From: a virus | Length of the DNA stretch: 64,000 bases | Strand: one strand, 5' to 3' | IMG/VR virus record: IMGVR_UViG_3300027743_000026 | Location: 1 to 64,000 of that record | Part shown: in pieces, positions 27,687-37,687 of the stretch | How positions within the stretch are numbered: position 1 is the first letter of the stretch | Layout of the letters: every line of letters starts with the position of its first letter | Translations under genes and position numbers: made by a program | Notes under the pieces: generated by a model | What the model saw: only the letters and a program-made list of their open reading frames with translations | Told to the model about the DNA's origin: nothing | Databases searched by the model: none

Positions 27687-28859
27687 ATGAATAGACTAAA
27701 AATATGCGCCGTGTGTGGCGGCAGCTTCTGCTTGTTATCGCGCAAGCTGACATGCTCGGACAAATGCCATCGCGAACGCAAACGCATGGCAGATCGCAAA
27801 TATCGTCGGGGGCCTTATCGTGAGCACAAACGCGCGCAAGACCGCGCCTATCGTGAAGGGCCTATGCGCGAGCAACTTCTTGCAGGCAAACGCGAATGGG
27901 GCGCGGCCAATCGTGAGCGGATTCTGCAGCAGAGACGCGAATATCGTGAAGCCAATCGCGAGCAGATCAACGCATCTAAACGTGTGCCTGCAAGATTGCT
28001 CGCCTGCGTAGTATGTGGTGGTAGTTTCCAGACTAAAGTCTCGCGAAAACTGACCTGCTCGGCCGCATGTGCTCGCAAGCGCAAACACACGATCCGCGAC
28101 GAAGCGCATCGGGACCAGATCATCGCGCAGAAACGTGCATGGAACGCAGCGCATCGTGAGCAAATCAAAATATCGAACCGCAGATACGTAGAAGCCAATC
28201 GCGAGCAGATCAACGTACGCCGACGTGACTCACGCCATCGTCATCAGGAGTGGGTCAATGCGGTGTTTCCGCCTCGTCCACCGTGCCCTCGAGTCAACGC
28301 AGCCACGCTCAGCCCTCAGCATTATCGGGAATGGGTTAATGCAGTGTTTCCACCTCGGGCAAAAGGAAGGCGCGGTGGCGAGCGACCGGGAACAGGGCGG
28401 CCCAGAAAGGGTGTTACGCTGCCATTGAAAGTCTGCGTGTGCGGCAAAAAGTTTCGGGCTAAGCGAAGCACCTGTTCGAGAGCTTGTTACCGTAGCTACG
28501 TCTACGTTGCAGGACTGCCGCAGTATCCATTGTCGCAGGAAAGGCGTGGGGGCTGGCGCCCAGGCGGCGGGCGTCCCCGAACGACCCCGTTGGACTCGCA
28601 TGTTATGGCGTGGAAGTGGCACGTTGCGGGATTGTCGCCGGTGCCGTCGGCGCAAGGGCGCGGTGGCAAACGCCCAGGTGCAGGGCGTCCCCGAATGAAC
28701 CCGGTCGGATACGAACGCAAGTTCCAAATATCCTACGCAGTCCTGAAGAATCTCGGCATCTCACTGGAACATCTGCCGACGCGCTACCAGCAAATGCGCA
28801 TCGCATATGAATCGCTGAAGCAGCTTGGAGTATTGATACCAGAAGAGAAAGGAAATTAA
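27687..28859 (+). CDS. Basic repeat protein with CxxC/CSxxC zinc modules and RGG.RPG.GRP motifs
   Basis: Repeats visible in the translation; TTGACA promoter at 27651. Confidence 0.6.
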   Translation: MNRLKICAVCGGSFCLLSRKLTCSDKCHRERKRMADRKYRRGPYREHKRAQDRAYREGPMREQLLAGKREWGAANRERILQQRREYREANREQINASKRVPARLLACVVCGGSFQTKVSRKLTCSAACARKRKHTIRDEAHRDQIIAQKRAWNAAHREQIKISNRRYVEANREQINVRRRDSRHRHQEWVNAVFPPRPPCPRVNAATLSPQHYREWVNAVFPPRAKGRRGGERPGTGRPRKGVTLPLKVCVCGKKFRAKRSTCSRACYRSYVYVAGLPQYPLSQERRGGWRPGGGRPRTTPLDSHVMAWKWHVAGLSPVPSAQGRGGKRPGAGRPRMNPVGYERKFQISYAVLKNLGISLEHLPTRYQQMRIAYESLKQLGVLIPEEKGN

Positions 28860-28861
28860 AC

Positions 28862-29386
28862 ATGACGGATATCCACCCCAACATTGGCACGCTGGGACAG
28901 ACACGCTCGACTTGGCGCGATGATAATCATCTACGCGGTTTGCTGCTTCGGTTGGTCATAGAAAATCCGCAGGCCAATCGCGAGGAGTTGGAAGCACTTT
29001 ATCTTGACAAGGCCGAGTCAAACTCAACGCTAGTCGAAGAAGCACTTCGCCGCTCCTTTGATAACGACTATTGGCAGCTACAAAGGCCAGCGAAACGACG
29101 ACGTCAGCTACAAAGGCCAGCGAACCGACGACGTCCGCCGACCGAGGCCGAAATTACCGCCGTGGCAGAGCAGCTCCGAGTCGTCGTGCTGCTGGATCTG
29201 GTCCTGCCCAATGGCAAGAAACTACGCGAGTGCTCCGGCCAAGAATGTCGACAGGCAGGTGGTTGGTTAACAGCGGTAGCTGACCGTATCGGCAATCGCG
29301 GCATTGTCGGCGAGAAACTTAGTGAGGCTGAAGTTGCCGCGCTTTATGCTAATCCGAAGAGCAGAAGGAAAAAAGGCAAAGACTGA
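28862..29386 (+). CDS. Hypothetical protein
   Basis: AAGGA RBS; followed by a terminator. Confidence 0.6.
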   Translation: MTDIHPNIGTLGQTRSTWRDDNHLRGLLLRLVIENPQANREELEALYLDKAESNSTLVEEALRRSFDNDYWQLQRPAKRRRQLQRPANRRRPPTEAEITAVAEQLRVVVLLDLVLPNGKKLRECSGQECRQAGGWLTAVADRIGNRGIVGEKLSEAEVAALYANPKSRRKKGKD

Positions 29387-29402
29387 CGCGACGAAACAAC
29401 AG

Positions 29403-29444
29403 AGTCCCACATTCTGATAAACTCAGGGCGTGGGATTTTCTTTT
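29403..29444 (+). terminator. Intrinsic terminator
   Basis: AGTCCCAC...GTGGGATT stem followed by TTTCTTTT. Confidence 0.6.
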
Positions 29445-29454
29445 AAAGCAGCAC

Positions 29455-29483
29455 TTGACACCGTCAAAGTGCGAGGATATTAA
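29455..29483 (+). promoter_or_regulatory. Sigma70-type promoter
   Basis: TTGACA-N17-TATTAA. Confidence 0.7.
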
Positions 29484-29531
29484 AGGCCAGCTTTAAACGA
29501 CCAGTCACCGTCAAACACAAAGAGAACCGTC

Positions 29532-29741
29532 ATGAAGACCTACCGATTCACCCGCCGGCTCGCCGACGGCTCGACCTATATCCTCGGCCACGCCGTACAG
29601 AACGAGGCCGGCTGGCGCTTCCTCCCCAACGTCGCCTCCCGCAAGCCCAGCCGCAAGGCCCACAAGTCCTTGGAGAAATGCCTGCCGCGCTGGGTCGGCT
29701 ATCCCGACCATTGCCAGAGCGAGGTGGTCAGCCGTGGCTGA
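29532..29741 (+). CDS. Small hypothetical protein
   Basis: First ORF after the promoter; followed by closely packed small ORFs 29734-29922, 29919-30188 and 30191-30508. Confidence 0.55.
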   Translation: MKTYRFTRRLADGSTYILGHAVQNEAGWRFLPNVASRKPSRKAHKSLEKCLPRWVGYPDHCQSEVVSRG

Positions 29742-30521
29742 TTTCATTTGCCAGTACGGCAACTGCGAAGAGATCTGTACGCCGATTCTCATCAGCAACA
29801 AGGTGACGCTGGAGCGTGCGCGGTTCTGCTGCCGCGAACATGCCGCGCTCTATCTCCTGCGCAACGCCTCCATGGCAACCTACGACCGTGTGCAGGAACA
29901 ATTCCGGAAGGATTTCCCGTGAGACACGTCGGCACTCCGACATGGCGCCATGACTGCGAGCGCTGCCGCTTTCTCGGCCAGACGATCGGCGGCGGCCGGC
30001 TGCATGATCTCTATGTTTGCGAGCGGATCGGCAGCGACGGCCGCGAGATGTCGCCAAGCGTGATCGCCCGCTACGGCGACAACGGGCCGGAGTATTATTC
30101 CATCGACGCCAACTACGCCCATGCCACCGGTCACGCCGAGCTGTTCGCCGCGGCCTGGCTGTGGCGGGTCAGCGAGGAGGAGCAATAGCCGTGTCCGCCG
30201 ACATCCCAGCCTGCGACATACGTGCTCCGCGGGCCGGCGAATTCTTTCGGATCAATCCTGATCCAGCCTTCCACACCGACGTCGCGCTGGTGCACGATCC
30301 CGAGGACAACAAGCTGTACAAAATTGCGCCGGAGCTTGTGCCCGAGGCGATGGAGCGCATTCCCGATAAGGTCAAGCATTGCACTATGTTCTTGGCACAG
30401 AACCAGGACGGCGAGATATTCCTCTGGCCGGTCGAGAAACCGGTCCCGGCCGAGCACCCAGTATACCGAGCAATGACCGAGTGGATTTCAATTCGACTGC
30501 AATCATAACAGGAGCAAACCT

Positions 30522-31625
30522 ATGTCAGTCGTCACACCAGCGTTCAAGCAATTTGGCGAGCGCAAGCGGCCAGGGTTCTCGCGTCGTTCGCGCGAAACCA
30601 GTGTGGGCGCCAGCGAGATCGGTCAATGTGAGAGGAAGATCGGCTACGAGAAGCACGACGCCGATCAGGACGAAGAGTTCATCCGGACCTGGGGCGCGGC
30701 ACAGCGCGGCATCTCGATCGAGAAAAGTTTTTTCGTCCCGGCGATGAAAAAATTCTACGGCGAGAACTTCATCGCCGCTGGGTCGAAACAAAAGCGCCTG
30801 GTCGACGGCAACCTCTCGGCCACGCCGGACGCGCTGCTGGTCAACCAGCCACGCAATTTGCTCGCCGGCCTGATGGTGCCTGACATCGGTCCCTCCGGAT
30901 GCGTGGCGGTGGAATGCAAAACCGTGGACCCGCGCGTGAACCTGTCGAAGCCCAAGCCCGAGCACATCTTCCAGGTCGTGGTGCAACTGGGATTACTGCG
31001 CAAGCTCACGGAGTATCAACCGGACTACGCGCTGTTGTCCTACATCAATGCTTCGTTTCTAGACGACGTCGTCGAGTTCGTGATCGAGTTCGACGAGGCG
31101 GTATTCGCAGAGGCGTACAAGCGCGCCGACAAGATCATCAACGCCACCGCGGCGGCGCAGCTCAAGCCCGAGGGCTGGATTGCCGGCGGCGGCAGTGAAT
31201 CCGGCGAGTGCAAATACTGTCCCTACGCTACCGCCTGTAGGGCGCTACGCGGCGACATCCCGCTAGGAATAGACAAGCTCGGCTTTAACGACCCGCAGTT
31301 CATCGCCGAGGTCACCGACCTGGCATACCAGGAACGCGAGCGTCACGCCGCCGTGAAGGAGGCCGACGCACTGCATCGTGAGGCGCAGGAAAAAATAAAG
31401 GAGCGGATGCGCGAGAGAAGCTTGCGGACTCTGAAAACTTCCGACATCAATGTGGTCTGGTCGACCGTCAAAGGCCGACCGTCTTACGACTGGCCAGGCA
31501 TTCGCGCCGCAGTCGCTGAAGCTGGACTTGACCTTAGCCCTTACGAAACCACAGGCGAGCCTTCGGATCGCCTGAGCGTCACCGTCACGAAACGCGACCG
31601 ACTTGTTACCAAGCGTGCGTCCTGA
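30522..31625 (+). CDS. PD-(D/E)XK exonuclease (Cas4/lambda-exonuclease-like)
   Basis: GASEIG.C.R, SATPD, VECKT, Q..QL, C.YCPY...C. Confidence 0.8.
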   Translation: MSVVTPAFKQFGERKRPGFSRRSRETSVGASEIGQCERKIGYEKHDADQDEEFIRTWGAAQRGISIEKSFFVPAMKKFYGENFIAAGSKQKRLVDGNLSATPDALLVNQPRNLLAGLMVPDIGPSGCVAVECKTVDPRVNLSKPKPEHIFQVVVQLGLLRKLTEYQPDYALLSYINASFLDDVVEFVIEFDEAVFAEAYKRADKIINATAAAQLKPEGWIAGGGSESGECKYCPYATACRALRGDIPLGIDKLGFNDPQFIAEVTDLAYQERERHAAVKEADALHREAQEKIKERMRERSLRTLKTSDINVVWSTVKGRPSYDWPGIRAAVAEAGLDLSPYETTGEPSDRLSVTVTKRDRLVTKRAS

Positions 31626-31681
31626 ATCTGTGCATCATTCCGAGGCGCAGATGTCACCGTCAACAGAAGGAACTTTAAATT

Positions 31682-32548
31682 ATGACTACCAACGGAAACA
31701 ACGGTAACCTTCCCGCCATCCCCGCCAGCGGCGATCCCTGGTCGGACTATGCCTCCGAGGCCAACGCTCGCGGCCCGATCCAGGGCCTGCTCCTGCGCTT
31801 CACCAAGCACGGCGATTACCGCGCCGGCCAGGATGGTGAGGATGTGCCGGAGGGCACGCGCATGCTGGTCTACATGCCCGGCCTGCAGCGCGGCTGGGTC
31901 AAATGGGAGGACCAGAAGCCGATCCGCCACATCATCGGGCTCGTGGCCGAGGGCTACAAGCCGCCGCCACGGTCATCGCTGGGCGACATGGACCAGGCAG
32001 AGTGGCCGATGCTCAACGGCCGCCCGATCGATCCCTGGCAGAACACCAACTACGTCACCATGCTGGACGAAGGCGGGCAAATCTACACGTTCGTCACCGC
32101 CTCCAAGGGCGGCCTCTCGGCACTGGGCGAGCTGGTCGACCAGTATGCCAAGCGCCGGCGGATGAAGCCGGACGAGATTCCGGTGATCGAGCTGCACGCG
32201 CGTTCCTACCAGCACAAGGAATACGGCGAGACGTTTGCGCCGCAGCTCAAGGTGACGGGCTGGGCGCAGATCCCGGAGAACTTCACCGAGCTGGCCTCGG
32301 CGATGGAGCCCGAGGGTGAGGAGGGCGAGGGCGTTCCGTTCCAGCTCTCACCGCCGCCCGCGGCCCAGACCGAGGAAGTCTCGGCTCCGGCGCCGCGACC
32401 CGCTCCGGCTCCTGGCAAGCGGCCTCCGGGTCGGCCACCGAATGCCACCGCGCCGAAGGCGGCGGCCGCAGCTGCCGCCCCGGCGCCCAAGGCTGCCGCC
32501 GCTCCGCTACAGTCGGTACAGGGAGGCAAGCGGCCAGTGAAATTCTAA
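31682..32548 (+). CDS. Single-stranded DNA-binding/annealing protein
   Basis: LL.F.K.G.Y, GWVKW, DPWQ, S.GG, Y.HK.YG motifs; lies between exonuclease and primase; Pro/Ala tail. Confidence 0.65.
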   Translation: MTTNGNNGNLPAIPASGDPWSDYASEANARGPIQGLLLRFTKHGDYRAGQDGEDVPEGTRMLVYMPGLQRGWVKWEDQKPIRHIIGLVAEGYKPPPRSSLGDMDQAEWPMLNGRPIDPWQNTNYVTMLDEGGQIYTFVTASKGGLSALGELVDQYAKRRRMKPDEIPVIELHARSYQHKEYGETFAPQLKVTGWAQIPENFTELASAMEPEGEEGEGVPFQLSPPPAAQTEEVSAPAPRPAPAPGKRPPGRPPNATAPKAAAAAAAPAPKAAAAPLQSVQGGKRPVKF

Positions 32549-32571
32549 ACAGCCCATAGGCTAAAGCAGTC

Positions 32572-32612
32572 GGAGGGCGGCAACTTTTCTGGGCGATTAG
32601 TTGCCGCCCTCC
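32572..32612. repeat. Perfect 14-bp inverted repeat (terminator or operator)
   Basis: GGAGGGCGGCAACT-N13-AGTTGCCGCCCTCC. Confidence 0.8.
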
Positions 32613-32646
32613 TTGTCCCAACTCCTGTATGCGCAGGGGCGGAACA

Positions 32647-34950
32647 ATGGGTATCCCGGCAGATTTCCTGCTCGAAGCCTTTGCCGGACGCTCACAGGCG
32701 CCGGTCTGTATTTTGTGCTTGCCCAATATTCGCGGCGCGTTTCCACCAAGCGAAATCTACACCCGCGATCTGGCCGAGGCCGAAGCCTTCGTCAAGGAAA
32801 AGGACGGTCCTGGCGCCGCCATTTATTTCGGTGCCAATACTACCTTGCCGGGACGCAAACGCAACAAGGACAATGTTGCGGAGATCGTCACGCTGCACGC
32901 CGATCTCGATTTCAAGACCATTGCTGCAACGCCAGACATCATCGAACAGGTCCTGCGCGCGCTGCCATTGCCACCGTCTACGATCGTGGATTCCGGTAAC
33001 GGATTTCACGGTTACTGGCGCTTTCGCGAGGCGCTGCCGCCGGAGCTGCGGGAGCGGATCGAGGCGGCACTGCGGCGCCTGGCCTGGGCATTGGCCGGCG
33101 ACCCGGCCGTTTGCGAGATCGCCCGCATCATGCGGCTTCCCGGCTCGCACAACACCAAGGACGGCGCCTGGAAGCCGGTCCTGGTGCGCTGGAATAGCGG
33201 GCGGGAGTATTCCTTCGAGGAGCTGGACGAGTGGCTGGGCGGGCTCGAGAGCCCGTTGCTGGCCCGTCTGGCGCCGCCACCCAAGGCCGGCAATGGCCAC
33301 GCACGCGCCGGCCTGGCGGGTGCGGATGACACATTCGGGGCCTATGCCGCCGAGATTAAACCGATCCCGATCGACGTCGAGAACGAACTCGACGCCATGG
33401 AGTTTGGCGGCACGGATGGCAACGGGGTGAACCTGACCCAGCTCCGCGTGATCGGCTCACTCCTACACGATGAGACGCCAATCGAGCAGGCGATCGACTA
33501 CGTGGTCGACGCCACCTGGGCGCGCATCCCCGAGGCCATGGGGTGGAACCGGGCAGCCGAGGTTGCCCAGCTGCGGGATATGACGGTGCGAACGATCAAG
33601 GGCCGCCCCGAGCTGCTTGACCTGCAGGAGAATGTCCCGCGGTGGCTGGCCCAGCGGTTGGGCATAAGACAGACGGTAGAACCAGGGAAAGAGCCGCCGC
33701 TTAAAGCACTATTCGACGCCGCGACCGCGGCAGGGTCCAAGGCCGAACCAGAATCGGACGGGGAGCCTAAGCCCGAACCGCCGCCCAAGCCGCCGGGGAA
33801 GGGCCCAATTATCCTCAAGCGGTTGTTTCTTGAGGAGCTGCAGATACGGGCGGTGATCGCTCGCAAATGGGTGGTGGATCAGTTCGTCCTGGCCGGCCAG
33901 CTCAACGGCCTGTTCGGCGACGGTGGCGTGGGCAAGGATTATTTGCTGCTGCAGCTGGCGATCGCCATGACCTGCGGCGGCCAGTGGCTGGGGCGCGAAG
34001 TGTTGCAGGGCCGGGTGATCTATTTCCCGATCGAGGACGACCTCGATGAGGTGCGTCGGCGCGAGAGCAAGATCACCACGTTCATGGCCTCGAACGGGAT
34101 CTACGAGCCGCGCGACCGGGAGTTGATGATCGTGCCGATGGTGGGTGAGGACGCCGTGCTCGGGGTCTATGACAGCCGCCGCGGCGTGGTGCAGCCGACT
34201 GGGGTGTTCGCCGCCATCGAGAAGCTGGTCGCCGAGTTCAAACCCACGCTGGTGATCGTGGGCAACCGGGTCAATATTTTTTCGGTCAACCAGAACGACG
34301 ACGCCCACGCGGTGCAGAGTCTGCGGCTGCTTTCGGGCCTGTGCGCCAGGCACGAGACCGCGGTGCTGATGCCGGGTCATGTCAGCGTGACGGGTATGAA
34401 CACCGGCTCGGGCACCTCGGGCTCGGTGCAGTGGTCGAACGGGGTGCGGCTGCGCGGGTACCTGCAGCGGCCCAAGGACGAGGAAACAGGAGCAGCCGAT
34501 CCTGACCGGCGCGTGTTGCAGATCATGAAAACCAACTGGGGGCCGCCCGATCAGCAAATCGAATTGAAGTGGAGCGAAGGGCTGTTCGTTGCTGATGGGT
34601 TCAACATCACACCGCCGCAGCCGGAGCCTGGCGAGAGCACGGATCAGATGCGGGCGCGGCAAAAGCTGGCGATGGAAAGCGACGTCGAAGCCGAGTGCTT
34701 GCGGATGATCAACAAGGCGATCGCGATGGGGATCAGAATGAGCCCGCAGCCTCGGAGCAACAACAATCCAGCGACGATGTTCGCGCGCGATGACCGATTT
34801 ACCGAGTGCAAATATCGCGGGGAGAAGGGTGCCAAGCAGATGAATCAGGCGATCGGCCGATTGTTCATGCGCGGGCTGATCCGAGCGCAGAGTTATGGGC
34901 CGCCCTCCGATAAAACCAAGGAGATCGTGCTGGGTGAAAAGGATGATTGA
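32647..34950 (+). CDS. Primase-helicase (RepB-like primase plus AAA_25/RepA-like helicase)
   Basis: ADLD, SGNG.H.YW, RIMRLPGS.N.K; Walker A GDGGVGK; SGS..W.N..R. Confidence 0.9.
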   Translation: MGIPADFLLEAFAGRSQAPVCILCLPNIRGAFPPSEIYTRDLAEAEAFVKEKDGPGAAIYFGANTTLPGRKRNKDNVAEIVTLHADLDFKTIAATPDIIEQVLRALPLPPSTIVDSGNGFHGYWRFREALPPELRERIEAALRRLAWALAGDPAVCEIARIMRLPGSHNTKDGAWKPVLVRWNSGREYSFEELDEWLGGLESPLLARLAPPPKAGNGHARAGLAGADDTFGAYAAEIKPIPIDVENELDAMEFGGTDGNGVNLTQLRVIGSLLHDETPIEQAIDYVVDATWARIPEAMGWNRAAEVAQLRDMTVRTIKGRPELLDLQENVPRWLAQRLGIRQTVEPGKEPPLKALFDAATAAGSKAEPESDGEPKPEPPPKPPGKGPIILKRLFLEELQIRAVIARKWVVDQFVLAGQLNGLFGDGGVGKDYLLLQLAIAMTCGGQWLGREVLQGRVIYFPIEDDLDEVRRRESKITTFMASNGIYEPRDRELMIVPMVGEDAVLGVYDSRRGVVQPTGVFAAIEKLVAEFKPTLVIVGNRVNIFSVNQNDDAHAVQSLRLLSGLCARHETAVLMPGHVSVTGMNTGSGTSGSVQWSNGVRLRGYLQRPKDEETGAADPDRRVLQIMKTNWGPPDQQIELKWSEGLFVADGFNITPPQPEPGESTDQMRARQKLAMESDVEAECLRMINKAIAMGIRMSPQPRSNNNPATMFARDDRFTECKYRGEKGAKQMNQAIGRLFMRGLIRAQSYGPPSDKTKEIVLGEKDD

Positions 34951-35004
34951 GTTGTAACAACCAGAATCCACACGAAATAACCGGTTACCTCCAGAAAACA
35001 TCGG

Positions 35005-35216
35005 ATGCGTGGAGGGTGTGCGCGGAGGCAATAATTAAAAAATGCTGTGGTCTCAAGAGTTTATTTTTCTTCCACGCATAGCCCTCCACGCATTATGCGT
35101 GGAGTTTCGCGTTAAATCCTTATGCGTGGAGGTGAGCATATATCATAAATTGAAAAGCATTGAGATGTGCTGATAAGATCGATGCCGACGAGGGCTCCAC
35201 GCATGGCTCCACGCAT
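35005..35216. repeat. Cluster of seven TCCACGCAT boxes; candidate replication origin
   Basis: Mixed-orientation 9-10-mers with AT-rich spacers, directly after the primase-helicase. Confidence 0.65.
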
Positions 35217-35376
35217 AGGGTCAGAGCCTCCGCCCTCCGGTCCTATATACTACGTATATGGGCGGGGCCCTCCTGAAGGTCGGGCCCCCGCCCTTGTGTG
35301 CGATCGCTTCGGCGCTGTGGTCTTGAGGATGACACCGGGCTGGGGCGGACCCTTGGATCAAATCGGAGTTTGAGCT

Positions 35377-35958
35377 GTGCCGGAATTGAAAGCGATCGAG
35401 ACACGATACCGGGGCTACCGCTTCCGTAGTCGGACGGAGGCGCGATGGGCAGTGTTCTTGGACGTTTTGAAAATTGAGTGGGAATATGAGGTGCAGGGAT
35501 TTGAGACTGAGGCGGGGCGGTACTTACCTGATTTTTGGTTGCCAAAGATTGCGACGTTCTTTGAGGTGAAGCCGATGTTCAGTGACGCTTACACTAGGGA
35601 TGAGGCGTTGCTTTCGGTGATATTCAATCGGGACAAAGAATATACTCAGGTCAAGAGGTTGATGAGCAGTCTCGTGGATATGTCTGGACATCGTGGGGTG
35701 ATTGCTGTTGGCGCTCCCAGTAGCTTTAAGCCACCGGTGCTGTACGAGTGTGATGGTCCTAGGGCCTTTCCAGAGTATCGATTTTCTCAGGCACGGATTG
35801 GGTGGTTTGTTGGGTCGAAGGAGATGTGGAAGGCGCATATTCAGCAGCATAGCAACGATCGATATTTGTACAGTTTGCTGGGCGGTCTGATTAGCCGGAC
35901 GGACGAGGCTATGTTGCAGGCGCAACAGGCGCGGTTCGAGTTCGGGGAGAGTGGCTAA
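35377..35958 (+). CDS. PD-(D/E)XK-type nuclease
   Basis: AIET.Y.GY.FRSR.EARWAVF...YLPDF.LP......EVK. Confidence 0.75.
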   Translation: MPELKAIETRYRGYRFRSRTEARWAVFLDVLKIEWEYEVQGFETEAGRYLPDFWLPKIATFFEVKPMFSDAYTRDEALLSVIFNRDKEYTQVKRLMSSLVDMSGHRGVIAVGAPSSFKPPVLYECDGPRAFPEYRFSQARIGWFVGSKEMWKAHIQQHSNDRYLYSLLGGLISRTDEAMLQAQQARFEFGESG

Positions 35959-36053
35959 CCCACTGTGCGATTTCGGTCCTTCGGCTCTTGCGTTGATCAC
36001 TCGACCTGGCGTAGGACTCAGGGCGGACGGACTGCGGATCATCTTCGGGACCT

Positions 36054-36560
36054 ATGGCGTTCTGGGCGACGCTCGAGACCGAGAGTCAACGCGAATCAAT
36101 CGTTCGGCTGCTGATCATGCGGACCGGCCGGGAGACGTACCTCCCGCGGATCAAACATCACGCACGAGTCACGCCGTTATTTCCTCGCTACTTGTTCGTC
36201 AAAATCGTCGACGACCGATGGTGGGAGGTTCGTTGGACCCCGCATGTGCTGCGGATCCTTACGTTCGGAGAATATCCTCAGGCTGACGTCAGGCTCGAAG
36301 CTGCGATCGCGATGATCAAAAAGCAGGAACGGGACGGTCTGGTAAAACTTCCGGCCGCGGTGGCTTTGCGCAGGGGCGCCCCGGTCCGGATCAAAAGCGG
36401 AAGTTTTGCAGGCCACATCGGTATTCACGACGGCATGAGCGGAAAGGACCGGCAACGGGTCCTGCTCAAAATGCTGGGTCAGACCGTCCCGGTCGAGCTG
36501 CCCAATACCGACTGCCAACCTCTCACCGACCCACAGCTGCTAGAGAATTTACGGGCCTGA
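36054..36560 (+). CDS. nusG: NusG/RfaH-family transcription antitermination factor
   Basis: PLFPRYLFV NGN motif and KOW G..VRI..G.F.G..G. Confidence 0.85.
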   Translation: MAFWATLETESQRESIVRLLIMRTGRETYLPRIKHHARVTPLFPRYLFVKIVDDRWWEVRWTPHVLRILTFGEYPQADVRLEAAIAMIKKQERDGLVKLPAAVALRRGAPVRIKSGSFAGHIGIHDGMSGKDRQRVLLKMLGQTVPVELPNTDCQPLTDPQLLENLRA

Positions 36561-36572
36561 GGCCCCAAGGCG

Positions 36573-36800
36573 TTGCGCCAGGCGTCGAGTTGCGCTAGAG
36601 AATCACCATCCCACAAACCCGGTAAGCTGTTATTTGCACGCGGAAATCCCTGAATTGGGGACCTCCGTGAGTCGCAGCGCGCTGTTCAAAGCCTTGAAAA
36701 GACTGCGTTCGAAGCGCCGGAGTTTGTGGGAACTCACGCCGATTGCTTCGATCATTGGGCGCCCGGCTGGTTCATCGTCCACCCAGCCTGGGCGCCCTTC
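36573..36800 (+). promoter_or_regulatory. Candidate late promoter, structured leader and terminator-like hairpin
   Basis: TTGCGC-N17-TAGAGA; 36609-36622 pairs with 36717-36731; GC hairpin 36757-36797. Confidence 0.55.
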
Positions 36801-36923
36801 CTCATCCCCGCAAACCGGGTCCTGATGCGCCTGATGCAGGCAGCCCCCAGGCAGGTAGCCTCCTGCGGCAAATCGAACCGGTGGCCTCCGTAGCTCCCTC
36901 CAGAGCTGGAGGTACTCGAGTAA

Positions 36924-37286
36924 GTTCACAGATTTCGCTTGGCATTCATGGATTTTGCATTCATGGATTTCGCAAACAAATAAATCACAGTTTTCGCAAT
37001 TCAATTGGGGAAATTGGGTGATGGATCTGGCGTTGACCGAGGGCCCTACCGGCGGGGCGATCGCGCACCGGGCCGATTGTCCGCAAGTTCGCGCGCTGGC
37101 GGCCGCGGGCCAGCCAGTCATGACGATGCTCGGTTGCGAGAAGCCGCTGCCTGACGACGTGCCGCGGCATTCCTGCCTTGGGCCCGAGCAATCTGACTTG
37201 TTCGATTCATAGTTTTCGCAAATTCACAGATTTCGCAAATTCATGGATTTCGCAAATTCATGGATTTCGCAATTCATAGATTTCGC
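36924..37286 (+). repeat. Two clusters of about 17-bp ATTCAYRGWTTTCGCAA repeats (4 + 5 copies)
   Basis: 36924-36999 degenerate; 37205-37286 tandem. Confidence 0.85.
37021..37212 (+). CDS. Small hypothetical protein between the repeat clusters
   Basis: MDLALTEG...H.A.CP...HSCL. Confidence 0.5.
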   Translation: MDLALTEGPTGGAIAHRADCPQVRALAAAGQPVMTMLGCEKPLPDDVPRHSCLGPEQSDLFDS

Positions 37287-37396
37287 TTAGCAGAACCCGG
37301 CGCGTCCGCGCCTGGACACGTCGAGGCGACGGAGCGGCGCCGGGCTGCTACGCGCAGGCCGGCGCCGACCGAGGCTGAGGCGAGCTTGCTTGCGCG

Positions 37397-37687
37397 CTAG
37401 GTCTTGTCGGGCACACGCACGAAGTCGGCTTTGGGCTTCGAGCTGGCGTTCTTCGGGCCCCAGCCTTTGCGCACCAGGCACTCGGCGCGGTAGGTGTTCC
37501 AGGCCGCGAGCCCAGGCGTGGCCTTGCGCTCGGCGCTCTCGCGCCACTCGGCGCCGCAGGTCCGCATCACGTCCGTGAACGTGATCTTGGGTGCGGCGGG
37601 CGCGGCGGTCGGCGCCGGTGCCTCCTGCCCGGCGGCGGTGCCGAGCGAGAGCGCGACCAGGGCGGCCGCGAGGATGGTTTGTCGCAT
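37397..37687 (-). CDS. Secreted PsiF-like two-Cys protein
   Basis: Signal peptide; M..CGAEW...K......W..Y..EC; own promoter at 37766-37794. Confidence 0.6.
   Translation of the reverse strand: MRQTILAAALVALSLGTAAGQEAPAPTAAPAAPKITFTDVMRTCGAEWRESAERKATPGLAAWNTYRAECLVRKGWGPKNASSKPKADFVRVPDKT

Noticed and set aside
30522-31625. Cas4-like nuclease as evidence of CRISPR-Cas
   Set aside because: It sits in an exonuclease-SSB-primase module typical of phages.
37205-37286. 17-bp repeats as a mini-CRISPR
   Set aside because: Head-to-tail units with no unique spacers.
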